From: an uncultured Hyphomicrobiales bacterium
Lineage (GTDB): Bacteria > Bacteroidota > Ignavibacteria > Kapaibacteriales > UBA2268
Reading direction: 5' to 3'
Assembly (NCBI GenBank): GCA_964577665.1
Contig: CAZOBD010000007.1
Location: 1-61,119, forward strand
Length of the DNA: 61,119 bases
A program made the translations under genes and the position numbers. Positions 34,101-47,200 of the stretch are shown here, in pieces; position 1 is the stretch's first letter; the number at the start of each line of letters is the position of its first letter. The notes beneath the pieces were generated by a model. The model did no database searches, was not told where the DNA came from, and saw only the letters and a list, made by a program, of their open reading frames with translations.

Positions 34101-36044
34101 TTAAGTTCCTTGTTCGATTTCAGAAAGCTGCTCGTTTAGTTCGGTCCATTTATCCATTTTAACGGATAGCGAAGATTGGAATTTTTCGTATTCAGCTTGT
34201 TTCTTTTGTGAATTTTCAATGTCGGCAAAAAAGTCAGGCTTGGAAAACATAGCTTCATATTCGGCTAAATTTTCTTCGAGTTTTTGAATTTCTTTTTCGA
34301 CATTTGAAATCTGTTTTTTTATTCTGCCGGCTTCTCTTTCGATTTTTTTCTTCTGTTCGCGGTAATTGGCTGAACTGCTTTCGGTCTTCTTTTTTTCGCG
34401 GTTGTTTTTTTCGGAAACTTCAAGAGCCTGTAGATCATCCAGTCTTTTCTTTTCTAAAAATTCATATATACCTCCGGGATATTCCTCTATTTTTCCGCCT
34501 CCGAAGTAAACTGTTTTTTCTGTGAGACCGTCCAAAAAATCCCGGTCATGCGATACAATGATAAGAGCGCCGTCATATTTTTTAAGGGCATTTTTGAGAA
34601 CATCTTTCGCAGTCATATCTAAGTGGTTTGTAGGCTCATCGAGGATAAGCAGATTGACCGGTTCGAGCAGAAGCCGAGCAATGGCAAGGCGTGATTTTTC
34701 ACCTCCTGAAAGTACTTTTACTTTTTTATAAACGGAGTCTCCGCTGAAAAGAAAAGCGCCGAGCAGATTTCTTACCTGAGTGCGCATTTCGCCTGTGGCG
34801 GCGTTGTCTATTACCTCAAAAACAGTGCTGTCGCCGTCTAAGAGTTCAGCCTGATGCTGTGCAAAAAAGCCTGTTTGCACGTTATAACCTATCTTTAGTT
34901 CACCCTCGTAATCTTCCTGTCCGGCGATGATTTTTGTAAGAGTGGACTTCCCCTCGCCGTTTTTACCTACAAATGCTGCTCTTTCTCCGCGTTCTAAAGC
35001 AAAGTTGACATTACCAAAAACGAAATTGCCGCCGTAACTTTTTGTCAGATTAAAAGTTTCTACAACAACGGCGCCGGAGCGGGGTGCGGACGGAAATTCC
35101 AATTTAATTGCGGTATTGTCTTCTTCCTCTATTTCTATTCTATCCATTTTTTCGAGCTGCTTGATGCGGGACTGCACTCGTGAAGCAAGCGTTGCCTTCG
35201 AGCGGAAGCGCTCTATGAACCGTTCTGTTTCGGCAATCTGCTTTTGCTGCTGCTTGTAGGCGGCTGTCTGCTGCATCCTGATTTCTTCGCGCTGCTCAAT
35301 AAACTGCGAGAACGGCAGCTTGTAATCATATATTTTTCCGAGGGATATTTCAATGGTTCTGTTTGTGATGTTATCTAAAAATTTTCTGTCGTGAGATACT
35401 ATAATAACGGCGCCTTCGTATGATTTCAAAAACTGCTCCAGCCACTGAATGGATTCGATGTCAAGGTGATTGGTAGGTTCGTCGAGGAGTATGCAGTCGG
35501 GCCTGCGGAGCAGTATTTTTGCAAGTTCAATACGCATTTTCCAGCCGCCGCTGAAAGTATCGACTTTTCTGTGCATATCTTGCTGCTCAAAGCCTAATCC
35601 CCGAAGAATTTTGACTATTTCAGCTTCTAAAGAATGACCGCCGAGTACTTTGTAATGCTCGTTTGCCTCGGAAAGGACCTGCACCATTTTTTGATATTCT
35701 GCCGATTCGTAATCGGTTCTATCCGATAATTTTTCACTGATAAGCTTTATTTTTTCGTCAAGTTTTAAAAGCTCTTCTTTTGCCGCCGCCGCTTCATCAT
35801 AAACGGTTTTGGAAGATTTGACGATTCCTTCCTGCGGCAGATACCCGATAGTGAAATCGTTGGGTTTGGAAACCGTCCCGTTTTCTGGGGATTCTTCTCC
35901 GGCTATAATTTTCATCAGAGTTGATTTTCCCGAGCCGTTTCTTCCTATCAGCCCGATTTTGTCGGAACTGTTTACTGTGAAGGATACATCATTGAAGATG
36001 TAGCTGCCCGCAAAATGTATTGATATGTTTGATACTATTAACAT
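34101..36044 (-). CDS. ABC-F family ATPase (two ABC domains, C-terminal coiled coil)
   Basis: 647 aa. Two Walker A motifs (GRNGSGKST; GKNGEGKST), two signature motifs (FSGGWKMR; LSGGEKSR), two Walker B motifs (LLLDEPTNHLD), and no TM domain. Confidence 0.92.
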   Translation of the reverse strand: MLIVSNISIHFAGSYIFNDVSFTVNSSDKIGLIGRNGSGKSTLMKIIAGEESPENGTVSKPNDFTIGYLPQEGIVKSSKTVYDEAAAAKEELLKLDEKIKLISEKLSDRTDYESAEYQKMVQVLSEANEHYKVLGGHSLEAEIVKILRGLGFEQQDMHRKVDTFSGGWKMRIELAKILLRRPDCILLDEPTNHLDIESIQWLEQFLKSYEGAVIIVSHDRKFLDNITNRTIEISLGKIYDYKLPFSQFIEQREEIRMQQTAAYKQQQKQIAETERFIERFRSKATLASRVQSRIKQLEKMDRIEIEEEDNTAIKLEFPSAPRSGAVVVETFNLTKSYGGNFVFGNVNFALERGERAAFVGKNGEGKSTLTKIIAGQEDYEGELKIGYNVQTGFFAQHQAELLDGDSTVFEVIDNAATGEMRTQVRNLLGAFLFSGDSVYKKVKVLSGGEKSRLAIARLLLEPVNLLILDEPTNHLDMTAKDVLKNALKKYDGALIIVSHDRDFLDGLTEKTVYFGGGKIEEYPGGIYEFLEKKRLDDLQALEVSEKNNREKKKTESSSANYREQKKKIEREAGRIKKQISNVEKEIQKLEENLAEYEAMFSKPDFFADIENSQKKQAEYEKFQSSLSVKMDKWTELNEQLSEIEQGT

Positions 36045-36152
36045 TTAATTTTTTTTCTAAGTATAAGCAATTAAAAAATTTGAAAATACAAAGATAATTC
36101 ATATCTTTAAGATAGAAAAAATATAATTTCCTCATTTTTTCAGGAGGCTGCC

Positions 36153-36941
36153 ATGAAAAGGCTAATAGCATTGCTAAGTGATTTCGGACTTACCGACAAC
36201 TATGTAGGTATCATGAAGGCTGTAATAGCACGCATAAGTCCCGAATCACGCATCATCGACATTACTCACGACGTACTGCCCCAGCATATCGAGCAGGCGG
36301 CTTATCTTTTAACAACCGCATTTCCTTTTTTCCCGGAAGGAACAGTGTTTATTAGCGTTGTCGATCCGAGTGTCGGCACAGAACGAAAACCTGTGGCTGT
36401 GAAAGCGGCTGGTAAATATTTCATTGCACCGGATAACGGACTTTTAAGCTGTCTGGTAAATCAAAAAATTGTTGACGAAGCCGTAATACTTGACCGCAAA
36501 GAGTACCAGCTTACACAGGTCAGCAATACATTTCACGGGCGTGATATTTTCGCGCCGGCAGGTGCGCATCTTGCCAGAGGAGTTTCTTTTTCCCAGCTTG
36601 GAACTCCGACTGATCCGCTTGTACTTGTGCAGAAGCCCTTGTTTTTGAACAAGCATAATAACGACGGCTCTATAGACGGGAGGGTTATTCATATCGACCG
36701 CTTTGGAAATATGGTAACATCCCTTAAGCCGAAGGATTTGGGTACAGATAAAAATTGGACATTTGCTCTTGACGAAGAGAATGTTTACGATATTAAAAGG
36801 ACTTTTTCAGATGTGGAAAGCGGGCATCCCGTGGCTTACATCGGCAGTACCGGTTATCTCGAAATCGGAGTGCGCAACGGCAGTGCGGCACAGCGTTTCA
36901 AAGCAAAAATCGGCATGGATATTGAGGCATTCAAAAAGTGA
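36153..36941 (+). CDS. SAM hydroxide adenosyltransferase (DUF62, chlorinase/fluorinase family)
   Basis: 262 aa with LSDFGLTDNYVGIMKAVI...VVDPSVGTERKP...PDNGLL...FHGRDIFAPAGAHL. Confidence 0.85.
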   Translation: MKRLIALLSDFGLTDNYVGIMKAVIARISPESRIIDITHDVLPQHIEQAAYLLTTAFPFFPEGTVFISVVDPSVGTERKPVAVKAAGKYFIAPDNGLLSCLVNQKIVDEAVILDRKEYQLTQVSNTFHGRDIFAPAGAHLARGVSFSQLGTPTDPLVLVQKPLFLNKHNNDGSIDGRVIHIDRFGNMVTSLKPKDLGTDKNWTFALDEENVYDIKRTFSDVESGHPVAYIGSTGYLEIGVRNGSAAQRFKAKIGMDIEAFKK

Positions 36942-37969
36942 TGAACAGTTTAGTGAAAATCACCAGAGAAAGAGAACTCCAAAAAGGGGTGCATCTGCTG
37001 CTGTCGGATCCTTCCGTTGTGCGAAGCACTATATCAGGAAGGCGGCTTCAGGTACTTTCGCCCGGGAGAATAAACGTGCATCCCGGACCCGATTTTTTAG
37101 ATGTAGCCATACTTCTTGACGGAACTGTATTGGTCGGAGATGCCGAGTTTCACAGAAAATCATCCGAATGGGAGGAACACCGCCATTCCGACGATGATAA
37201 TTATCGGAATGTAATTCTGCACTTGGTAGTAGAGAATAATTCCACAAAAGATTATAATTTCGAAACACTGATAATTGATGACCATGATCTCAGCAACTCT
37301 GTAAAAGCATTAGGGGAAGAAGATAAAACTGCCGACATTGATTCACTCGACGAACTGCAGCATTACGCACTTATGCGCCTTTTAAGAAAAAGCTCGGAAG
37401 CTCAGAAACTTTTGAATAAATTCGGTATGGAAAAAGCTTTTCTTGCTTTGGCAGCTGATTTTATAAAAAGATACGATAAGAAACGGAGATATCCGGTGTA
37501 TAATGCTCAGAAGTTTGAAACCCTTCTGAGCGGCATTACAAGCTCTCCTGCATTCAGTTTTTTAGCTGACCTTAAAAAAAACAAGACATTTCATGTTTCC
37601 GATTCCTTACAAATGCTACTGAAAACAAAACTATCGGTGGAAGGAGCTCATCTCCGCCGTGAGCTTATTTTGAACTGCATACTTCCTATGGCAGTATGTA
37701 TTGCCGGCGAACAGGCAAGAATTGCGCTTTTTCTGTGGTATTGGTCCACACCCTCACTTCATAAATACGGCATCCTTACCCGCAGATTTGAAAAACTTCC
37801 CCAGAATTTTCTCTGGCAGCAGCAGGGAATGCTGGAATACCTTCGCGAGCACGGCAAAAAGAAAAATATTATTTCAGAAACAATCAATCAGTACGGCTTT
37901 GCGGAGCTTCTCAGCTTTTATAAAATCGGCAAATCACCTTACGGTGAAGTTACTCTGGATGATGACTGA
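36941..37969 (+). CDS. DUF2851-like protein
   Basis: ATG at 36941 overlaps the upstream TGA by 1 nt (a GTG at 36938 is also possible). Contains GPDFLDVAILLDGTVLVGDAEFHRKSSEWEEHRHSDDDNYRNVILHLV. The family is recalled from memory. Confidence 0.65.
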   Translation: MNSLVKITRERELQKGVHLLLSDPSVVRSTISGRRLQVLSPGRINVHPGPDFLDVAILLDGTVLVGDAEFHRKSSEWEEHRHSDDDNYRNVILHLVVENNSTKDYNFETLIIDDHDLSNSVKALGEEDKTADIDSLDELQHYALMRLLRKSSEAQKLLNKFGMEKAFLALAADFIKRYDKKRRYPVYNAQKFETLLSGITSSPAFSFLADLKKNKTFHVSDSLQMLLKTKLSVEGAHLRRELILNCILPMAVCIAGEQARIALFLWYWSTPSLHKYGILTRRFEKLPQNFLWQQQGMLEYLREHGKKKNIISETINQYGFAELLSFYKIGKSPYGEVTLDDD

Positions 37970-38247
37970 TTGAAAAAATCCACTCATATTATTATTTTCT
38001 AAAAATCATATTTTTTTTTTAATATTATTTTGTATAATTTAGAGTTTATCTAATATAATATTAGTATAATAACTGTTGAAATGAGAAGAGAAAAAACTTA
38101 CAAAATAAGAATCATTTATGAAAAATAAAAATACTAAAAGTTTTTTTGCCGAGAAATATCCGGCAGAAAGTTTTTTTTAGTGTTTGTAAGTAATATTAAT
38201 ATATGAGAAGTAGAAAATTATTAAATATATTTTATGGGAGTTATCAA

Positions 38248-41200
38248 ATGAAATTCTTTCGCCTAATCATTCCTTTCGCAGTAATGTTTTTTGCCTTACA
38301 GCTTTACGCAGTTGATCCGGATTTTACCGGTCAGCAGCCGGAAAGCCAGATAGTGGCGCCTATATGTTCGGCTTCTTTCACATCTAATCCTTCCGGTACC
38401 ATAATAGACAGGTACCAGTGGAGAATGAGCACTGACGGCGGTACTAACTGGACAGAAATAGTTGACGACAATCAATACTATTTCGGGGCAACAACAACCG
38501 CACTCGAATTAAGAACTTTATCTGAAGAAGACGGTTATGAGTTTCAAATGTATGTTGTGGTAGGATCGAGCACTTTTTATTCTTCATCGGCTACTATTAC
38601 ACTTACCCATTTCACCGATACGGAAATGGATTTTACGGGATTGAAGTACAGTGCGCTTGCATGGGCGGATTTCAATAATGATAACTGGCTCGATGCCGTT
38701 GTCTGCGGATATAATGCCAGCGGCACTTATACAAAAATTTACAAAAACATAGCCGTGGGCGGCGGAAATACTTCCCGTACCTTTCAGGAATTATCAGAAG
38801 GGACTACGGGACTGCCCCCAATTTCCAACGGCGACCTGTACGTAAGCGATTTCAACAACGATGAAAATCTTGATATTGTCTTTGTGGGCGCCGCACCCTC
38901 GGGACTGACTTTTACGGTATTTACGGGAAACGCTGATTTTACATTCGACCACTACTGGTCGCACACACTTGGCATGCACTACAGTTCCGTAGCCTGCGGC
39001 GATCTCGACAGAGACGGACTGGCGGATATTGCCGCAAACGGTGAAGATGAAAGCGGCACTTCTTGGTTCACGGCTTTGAAGAACAATTTAAACGGTACCG
39101 GCGAGAGATTTATCGATAAAACTGCCGACTGGGGCTTTACAGTTATTTATCAGCCGCAGGGATTTCCTCCTCTATCTTACGGCCCGGCAAATCTTACAAA
39201 AGGCTCGGTGGACTTAGGTGATTACGATAAGGACGGTGATATTGATGTTTTGGTTACGGGTGTTCCTACCAACACATTTCCTGATACTCAAACTCAATTC
39301 TATCGTACGGTTGTATTTGAGAATGCTGATTTAGGCGATTTTGACCGTTTACACAAGGATCAGGACGGATTAAGAGATTTTGCATTCGGTTCCGGCGTAT
39401 TTTTTGATTATGACGGCGACGGCGACCTTGATGTTCTGCTATCCGGCGCTTTTGAATCTCCGTTCCCCGATCATTACGATACAAAAATTTATGAAAGCAA
39501 CGGTGTGTTTTGGGAAGTACTGAGTGAAAATCTTGAATCTGTTTATTTAAACGGCACGGGTATTTTCGGCGACTTTACCAATAACGGTATTCTTGATTTA
39601 TTCCAAGCAGGTAAAAGATATTCCTACGGTCCTATTGCGAAAGCATGGTTGAACGGAGGACTTAACTCTGGAGCTATCGGGGAGTTTACCGAAGCTTCAG
39701 GCACTTTTACCGGGGTAATGAATGAATCGGCGGCATTCGGCGATTACAACAAGGACGGCAAACTCGACATTTTGCTGGCAGGCGAGACAAGCGCCGGCGT
39801 TGTTACGAAACTATATAAAAATCATGCATGCCTTGGCAGTTATGATCCCGGCACTCCTGCAGGCTTGACCTTCAAGCAGCTCGGTGAAGAGCAGATAACC
39901 ATGATTTGGGAAGATGCTGCCGATAATTTCCCTGCTTATGATTATCTTACGTATAACCTTTATCTTATGTCTCAGACCGGAACGAGTGTAACCGTTTCAC
40001 CACTTTCCGACCGAAGCACAGGCTACAGGAGGGTGCCGCGGCGCGGTAACGCAGGAGCAAATCTTGAATGGACAATTGTAAATATCGGAGAAGGTGAATA
40101 TAACTGGGGAGTTCAGTCCATAGACAACCGCTATGCGGGCTCGCCTTTCCAAAGCTCAACTCTGACAGTCTATCCGCTTCCCGATTATTACTGCGGAGAC
40201 TGCTATATGAGCAACTGTAATCCCTCGAGCGTTACTATCTGCCCTGAAGAGGACTGGACGATGACTTCCACTCCGTGCCATGCCAACGAATGGAAATGGC
40301 AGGTGTTTTTAAACAACCAGTGGGTGGATATTAATAATAATCTTCCAGGCGGCTCACAGTACAGCGGAGAAACAACAACCGCAATACTTTTCCAGGAAAT
40401 AGCAGAGGAAATGCACCAGACTCTCTTCCGTATGGCTGCAAGAAATCATCAGGCTCCGATTTCATGGGTCTATTCCGAACCGGCTTCTATTTTCCTTAAA
40501 GGATTTCCGACTTTCAGCCCGCATCCAAAAAGCGCTACTGTATCGGCAAGAGAAGGCTATACCTTCTGGGGAGATGTTTCGGCTGTTACCGGACAGCCCG
40601 GATGGAACGGAACAATATCCGCATGGAAATGGCAGCTTAAACTGAACGGAGAAACTCAATGGCAGGACATTCAGGAAGGAGCTAATTTCGGAGCGGTCTT
40701 TACCGGAACTACTACCAGTAAATTATCATTAAATCTTGTGGAACAGCACCACCGAACACAATTCAGACTGCTTGTGCAGACTCATATTTGCCCTAAATAT
40801 CCGGGACATCCCAATCACTGGTTTGGTTCAAATCCAGCAACACTTACCATATACGGTAATTTTTACGATATAGGTATGGACCTTGCCGGAGTTTCATACA
40901 GCTCGTCTCTTTGGGCAGATTTTGACAACGACGGCTGGCTCGACATACTCGTTACGGGCAGAAGCGGCAGGGTATGGCAGTATCCTTTCTCAAAAATATA
41001 TCACAATATACCCAGCAGCACCATACCGGGCGCTTCACGAACTTTTTCCGCCGTAAATCTCGGCTCTACCACTCTTGCCGGAGTTGAGTTCGGCCATGCC
41101 AGCGTAGGCGATTACAACAACGACGGTTTGCTTGACATTCTTTTAACCGGTGAGGATACCGACGGAAACAGAATTGCAAAACTTTACAGAAACGACAATA

Positions 41201-44200
41201 AGAGTCCGTTTACGCCGCCAAGCGGCACAATTACATACAGCAGCGGTACTTTTACAGAAGTAAATACCGTTTTTACAGGCATGAAACATAGCTGCTCTGA
41301 CTGGGGAGACTACAACAACGACGGCTGGCAGGATGTTATCATTACAGGCGAAAAAAGCGGCGGTACGAGATATTCCACTATCCTTTATAAGAATAACGGC
41401 GACGGCTCATTTTCGCAGGTAACTACAAATATTGAAAATCTTGCCGGAGGTCAGGTCGATTGGGGAGACGTTGACAACGACGGCGACTTAGACCTTCTTT
41501 TAACCGGTATAAATAACAGCTATCAAAATAAATCATATATTTATCTAAATAATAACGGCTCCTTTACCGACAGCGGCAGCGAACTTGAAGGAGTAAGACA
41601 GGGCGCTGCGCTGTTTGGCGATTATAACGACGACGGTCTGCTCGACGCTTTAATCGGCGGATTTTATGATATAGGGCCTTTGTACTGCACTACGAAACTT
41701 TATCAAAATCAGGGAAGCGGTTCCTTTACGGAAGTTGATGCTGACCTTCCCGCATTCCGTTCGGGAACGGCAGACTGGGGCGATTATGACAACGACGGCG
41801 ATCAGGACCTCCTTATGACAGGATACAGCGCTGTTTCAAATATTTTCTCTATCGTTTTTGCAAATGAAACAAACGGCGGCTCGGCAAGCTTTACCAATAT
41901 TCAGTCCAGTATTGCGCCAATGTTCCACAGCTCATGCCAGTTCGGCGACTATGACAAAGACGGTTTTCTGGATATTCTTCATACCGGCGAGAATCAGGGC
42001 TATTCTTATGCAAGAGTCTGGAGAAACAACGGCCTCGATCCCAACACCAGACCTTACAAACCTGAAAATCTTTCCATCAGACAATATACTGCAAACAGCG
42101 TTCATCTTTACTGGGAAGCTCCCGATCCGTGGGACCAGGGCATAAGCGGAACTGAGACACCGAAAGATGCTTTAACATATAATATTTATGTGGGAACAGA
42201 ACCTCAGTTTATCGACATCATGTCCCCGCATTCAAAAACAACAGCCGATAATGATAATGGATTGAACGGTTTGAGAAGAACCGTCGATTTCGGAAATACT
42301 TCAAACTCTACGGTGTGGGAAATAAAAGACCTTCCCGTCGGGGGAGGATACAAATGGGGCGTTCAGAGTATTGATAATGCTTTTGCGGGTTCCGAGTTTG
42401 CAAACGGAACATTTATTATATATGATCTTCCAGATTATACAAACGCTCACCCTGCTTCGGTAACGGTATGTCCCGAAGAAAGCGTAACTTTCACTTCGGA
42501 ACCTGTTAACTCCAATGAATGGAAATGGCAGATACTCTGGCAGAACACATGGCAGGACGTAACCAGCGTTAACATCGACGGAGTAAGCTACAACGGAGCA
42601 GACGACACAAGACTAATTATCGACTATGCTGTGGAAGAACTGCACAAGATTTCTTACAGGCTCGGCGCAAGAAACCATAATGCACCTTACACTTGGGCAT
42701 TTTCTAATCCTGCCGCTATATACTTTAAATATTATCCCGATTTCACTAAGCATCCTTCAAGCGCCACTATAAGAGCCGAAGAGCATACATTCACGGCACA
42801 GTACGACCTCGACAATTATTCGGGTAAGGCTTTGAACATTCAGCATCAATGGCAGCAGAAAGCTCCCAGCGATACAGAATGGTACGACGTAACGGAATCC
42901 GGATATACAGGAATAAATGATACTCAGCTTGTTCTCGACGATCCGGATTTCAGGCATCTTTATGAGTACAGACTGAAAGTCAGCAGCCCTGTGGTATGTC
43001 CGCAAACTTGGTTTGTTTCTAATGCGGCAACGCTCCATATACTGCCCATATTCAGCGACATTGATCTCGATGGTACCGTTTTTGACGATATGAAGAATGG
43101 TCTTGTAGAATGGGTTGATTTTGACAATGACGGTGATCTTGATTTGTTTTACACAGGCATTTTTACAGGTCAGGCGGGAAAACAAACTAGACTTTACAAG
43201 AATAACAATAATAACTTTACGAAATTTTATGATGGGAACGATCCCATAATAGCCTATAATAAATCAATAGCATGGGGCGATTACGATGGGGATGGTGATA
43301 TAGATCTTATTGAAATTGGAAGCTTCGGAGGGAAAATTCTCGAGATTTATCGTAATGACCCGACTACTTTTACAGGAATACTTTCCGAAGTTGAAGTTGC
43401 ACCGAATTGGACATCTGGTTATACAGACTGGGCAGATTTTGACAATGATGGAGATATCGATGCTTTTGTTACGGGCACTTATGTTGATGGAGACCGTACC
43501 CATATCTATTTCAATTCAAATGGAGCCTTTTCAAGAATTGATGCGGGACAATTAGGTCTGGTTAATTTAGCTCACTCAGCAGCAGATATTGGTGATGTAA
43601 ATAATGACGGTTATCTAGATATTGTTCTTTCTGGAGTAATCCATGGAACACAAAGTAGATTAACTAGAGTATATCTTAATAATGGCAGTGCATCGTTTAC
43701 GTTAAGTCAAGAACTTTTCGGAGTATCTCAGTCTTCAGTTGCACTTGGGGATATCGATAATGACGGAGATTTGGATTTAGCATATTGCGGCACAGATGGC
43801 ACAGATTATTATGTGAAAATTTATGAAAATTTGAGCGGTACTTTTGTCGATAGAACAACAGTCTCCGATTTTACAGGGGTCTATAATGGAAAAGTTGCAC
43901 TGGCAGACTTTGACAACGACGGTGATATTGACTTGTTAGTTACAGGAATGTACAGCGATGGCGGCGTTGACAAGCCTTCAACAAAGCTCTATAGAAATGA
44001 TGGCAATTTCAACTTTAGAGAAATGGGTACTACAGGATTGGATAATCTTTCCAGTTCATTTGCATGGGGAGATTATGACAATGACGGAGCAATAGATGTT
44101 GCCCTTATTGGACTTGATTCAGATGACAATAAACATACTTCGGTTTACAGAAATCTTAATGCTCTGAAAAACACTCCTCCGTCTTCTCCGGCTGATCTTA

Positions 44201-47200
44201 CTTACGATGATGTCGATGTTTGCGAACACGACTACGTAACGCTTCAGTGGAATGCTTCATCAGACAACGAAACACCATCAAACGGACTATCCTATAATAT
44301 ATACATAAGCAGAACTCCTTTTGCAAACGACGTAAAACCCGGCATGGCGGATAACTCTGCCGCAAATACCGGCTTCCGCCGCATAGTCAGGATAGGTAAC
44401 GCGGGTGCAAACACAAGCTATACATTTACTAATCCCGGTTCGGGAGTTTATTACTGGGGCGTACAGGCAATAGATGCAGGCTTTGCAAGTTCATCTTTTA
44501 CAAGCTCTACTTTCTCGCTTTGCCCGAAAGTGGACTTTACCGGTCAGCATCCGTCGGATGTAACGACCTGCCCCGGACTCAGCGTATCTTACTCATCCGA
44601 TCCTCAATTTGCCATTGAGTATATATGGCAGTATAACAAAAATGACGGCTCCGGCTGGCAGGATGTAACAGATGCAGGCACACCTTTCGCCTACACTTTC
44701 CATTCCTACAACAAAACGGTTATAATTAACAATGTTGAGTATTCAGTTGTTGCTCAAACTCGTCTCGAGATAGATCCCGTTACTGTCAGTCTGCACGACT
44801 ACAAATTCCGGCTGAAAGCCGGAAATAAATGCTGTCCTGGTTTAGGGGCAGATTATGTAGAATCGGATCCTGCGACGCTATGGGTCTATCAGCATGCCGC
44901 ATTTACTTCTCATCCGGCGGATTATTTCGCATGTCAGGACGGCAGCGCATCATTTACTGCTGAAGCCGCATCCCCGAATGAAGGTCCATATCAATGGCAG
45001 GTATGTTACTTGAACGATTACTCGGATGTTTTCGACTGGGGCGCCGGCGGCACCGGAAACGGTGAATTAAGAGACCCGGTTTCCATAGCTTATGACGACA
45101 ACGGAAACGTTTACGTAGTGGATGCAGGTAATTCGAGGATACAGAAATTCTCTTCTGACGGTGTTTATGAAAGAAAATGGGGCAGCTACGGCTCCGGCAA
45201 TTATCAATTTAGGAATCCTGTGGGCATAGCTGCAAACTCGAACACGGTATTTGTAGCAGATAAATATAATTTCCGCATACTGGTATATGACCAGAACGGT
45301 GTATTCCTCCGCAAATGGGGACAAAACGGATACAATCCTGAAGACTTCAAGATGATTACAGCCGTTGCCGTGGATGCTAACGGTTATGTCTATGTAACTG
45401 ATGAGCTTTTGGGTGTCGTTAAGAAATTTGACAATCTCGGCAATCATAAAGTAAACTTCGGCTCTGCCAACCTTACATCGCCTCAGGGTGTTGCTGTTGC
45501 TGCAAACGGTGATGTTTTCGTCAGCGACGACGGCAAGGTTAAAAAATTCGTTAAAGTTAATGAAACAACCTATAATTACTCAGATGAATGGACATCATCA
45601 AATCCGAAAGGACTTGATGTGGATATGCACGGCAACGTATTTGTTGTTGATGAAGTAAACGATGAAGTAAAGAAATTTAATAAATATAAAGATAACACAG
45701 CGGATCTTAATTCCGGACAGCTTAACCTGCCTTTGGATGTAGCTGTTACTCAGGACGGAAAGACAGCATTTGTATGCAGCTACGGCGGTGACGAAGTCGT
45801 CAGATATTCAGTTGAATGGCAGGATATCAGCGGCGGCGGCGATTACAGCGGATATACAAATACGATTTTAAATGTCAACAGTAATATCACCTTAAAAGAT
45901 CAGTCGGAATACAGGCTGGCAAATATAATTGACGGATGTCCCGACAATGATTATTCACGCAGCTATTCCAATTCAGCAACATTGACCGTTGCCGAAGAAC
46001 CAGCATTTACAGGTCAGCCGGCAGATGCAACCGCCTGTGAAGGAGACAATGCCTACTTTGCGGTATCTTTGACAAACCAAAATGAAATAAAGTGGGAATT
46101 TTCGACTAATAACGGTTCTAACTGGGCAGACGTAACCGATAATGGAGAATACTCAGGCTCAGAAACAGTAAATCTTACAGTTTCACTTGTTGATTTTGCA
46201 AAAAATAATTTTTATTTCAGAGCAAAGGCAAGGAATCATGGCTGCCCGGCAGACTGGGAGAATTCTTCACCTGCAAGCCTTACCGTAGTTCCCGAGCCGA
46301 CAATAACATTCACAGGACCGGAAACAAATACCTTTATGTGTGAGGATGGCAGCGCAGATTTTGAAATGTCGGTATCTCCTGAACCTTCTCAAACTTACAT
46401 TTACGATTTCAAATGGCAGCGCAAAACAGGCTCCGGTTGGAATGATATAAGCGGATATCCGTTCTCCGGAACTGATACGAGGACACTTTCCATATTGGAC
46501 GGAAACGGAATCGACAGCGCTGATCAATTCAGACTGCTTGTAAGAATTAATGACTGTCCGGCAGGGGACCGGGACGGGTATGAGTCACCGGTAATTACCG
46601 TAAATCATATTTTAAGCCCCGTTTTTGTAAACTGCTATCCTTCTCCTGAAAGTATCTATGCCTGCGAAGAGTACGGCGTATCGTTCTCTTTCAGTGATGC
46701 CGATATTAGCAATGATAATACATATCAATGGCAGTATGCGAAAAATGAGGACTTTACATTAGCATTTACTATTGAAGACGCTCCGGGATACGGTACTCTC
46801 GACAATCCTTCGGGTATTGCATTCGGACCGGGAAATGTGCTTTACGTTGTTGACTCAGGTAAAGACAGAATTATGAAATTTGACGCCGATGGCAGTCATC
46901 TTCTGAAATTCGGAGAAGAAGGCCTACACGACGGGCAGTTCCAGCATCCTTACGGCATAGCCGTCGATCCTGCGGGAAATGTATGGGTAACCGACAAAGT
47001 CCTGCACAGGATTACGAAATTTGATTCCGGCGGCAATTTTCAAACTAATTGGGGTTCTCAGGGACCCGGTATAGATCAGGTAGATAATCCTTCCGGCATA
47101 GCCGCGGATGAAAACGGCAATGTTTACGTAGCCGATACTGACAATGACAGAATAATGGTTACCAACTCATCCGGTAATTATTTAAGAAACTGGGCTGTAA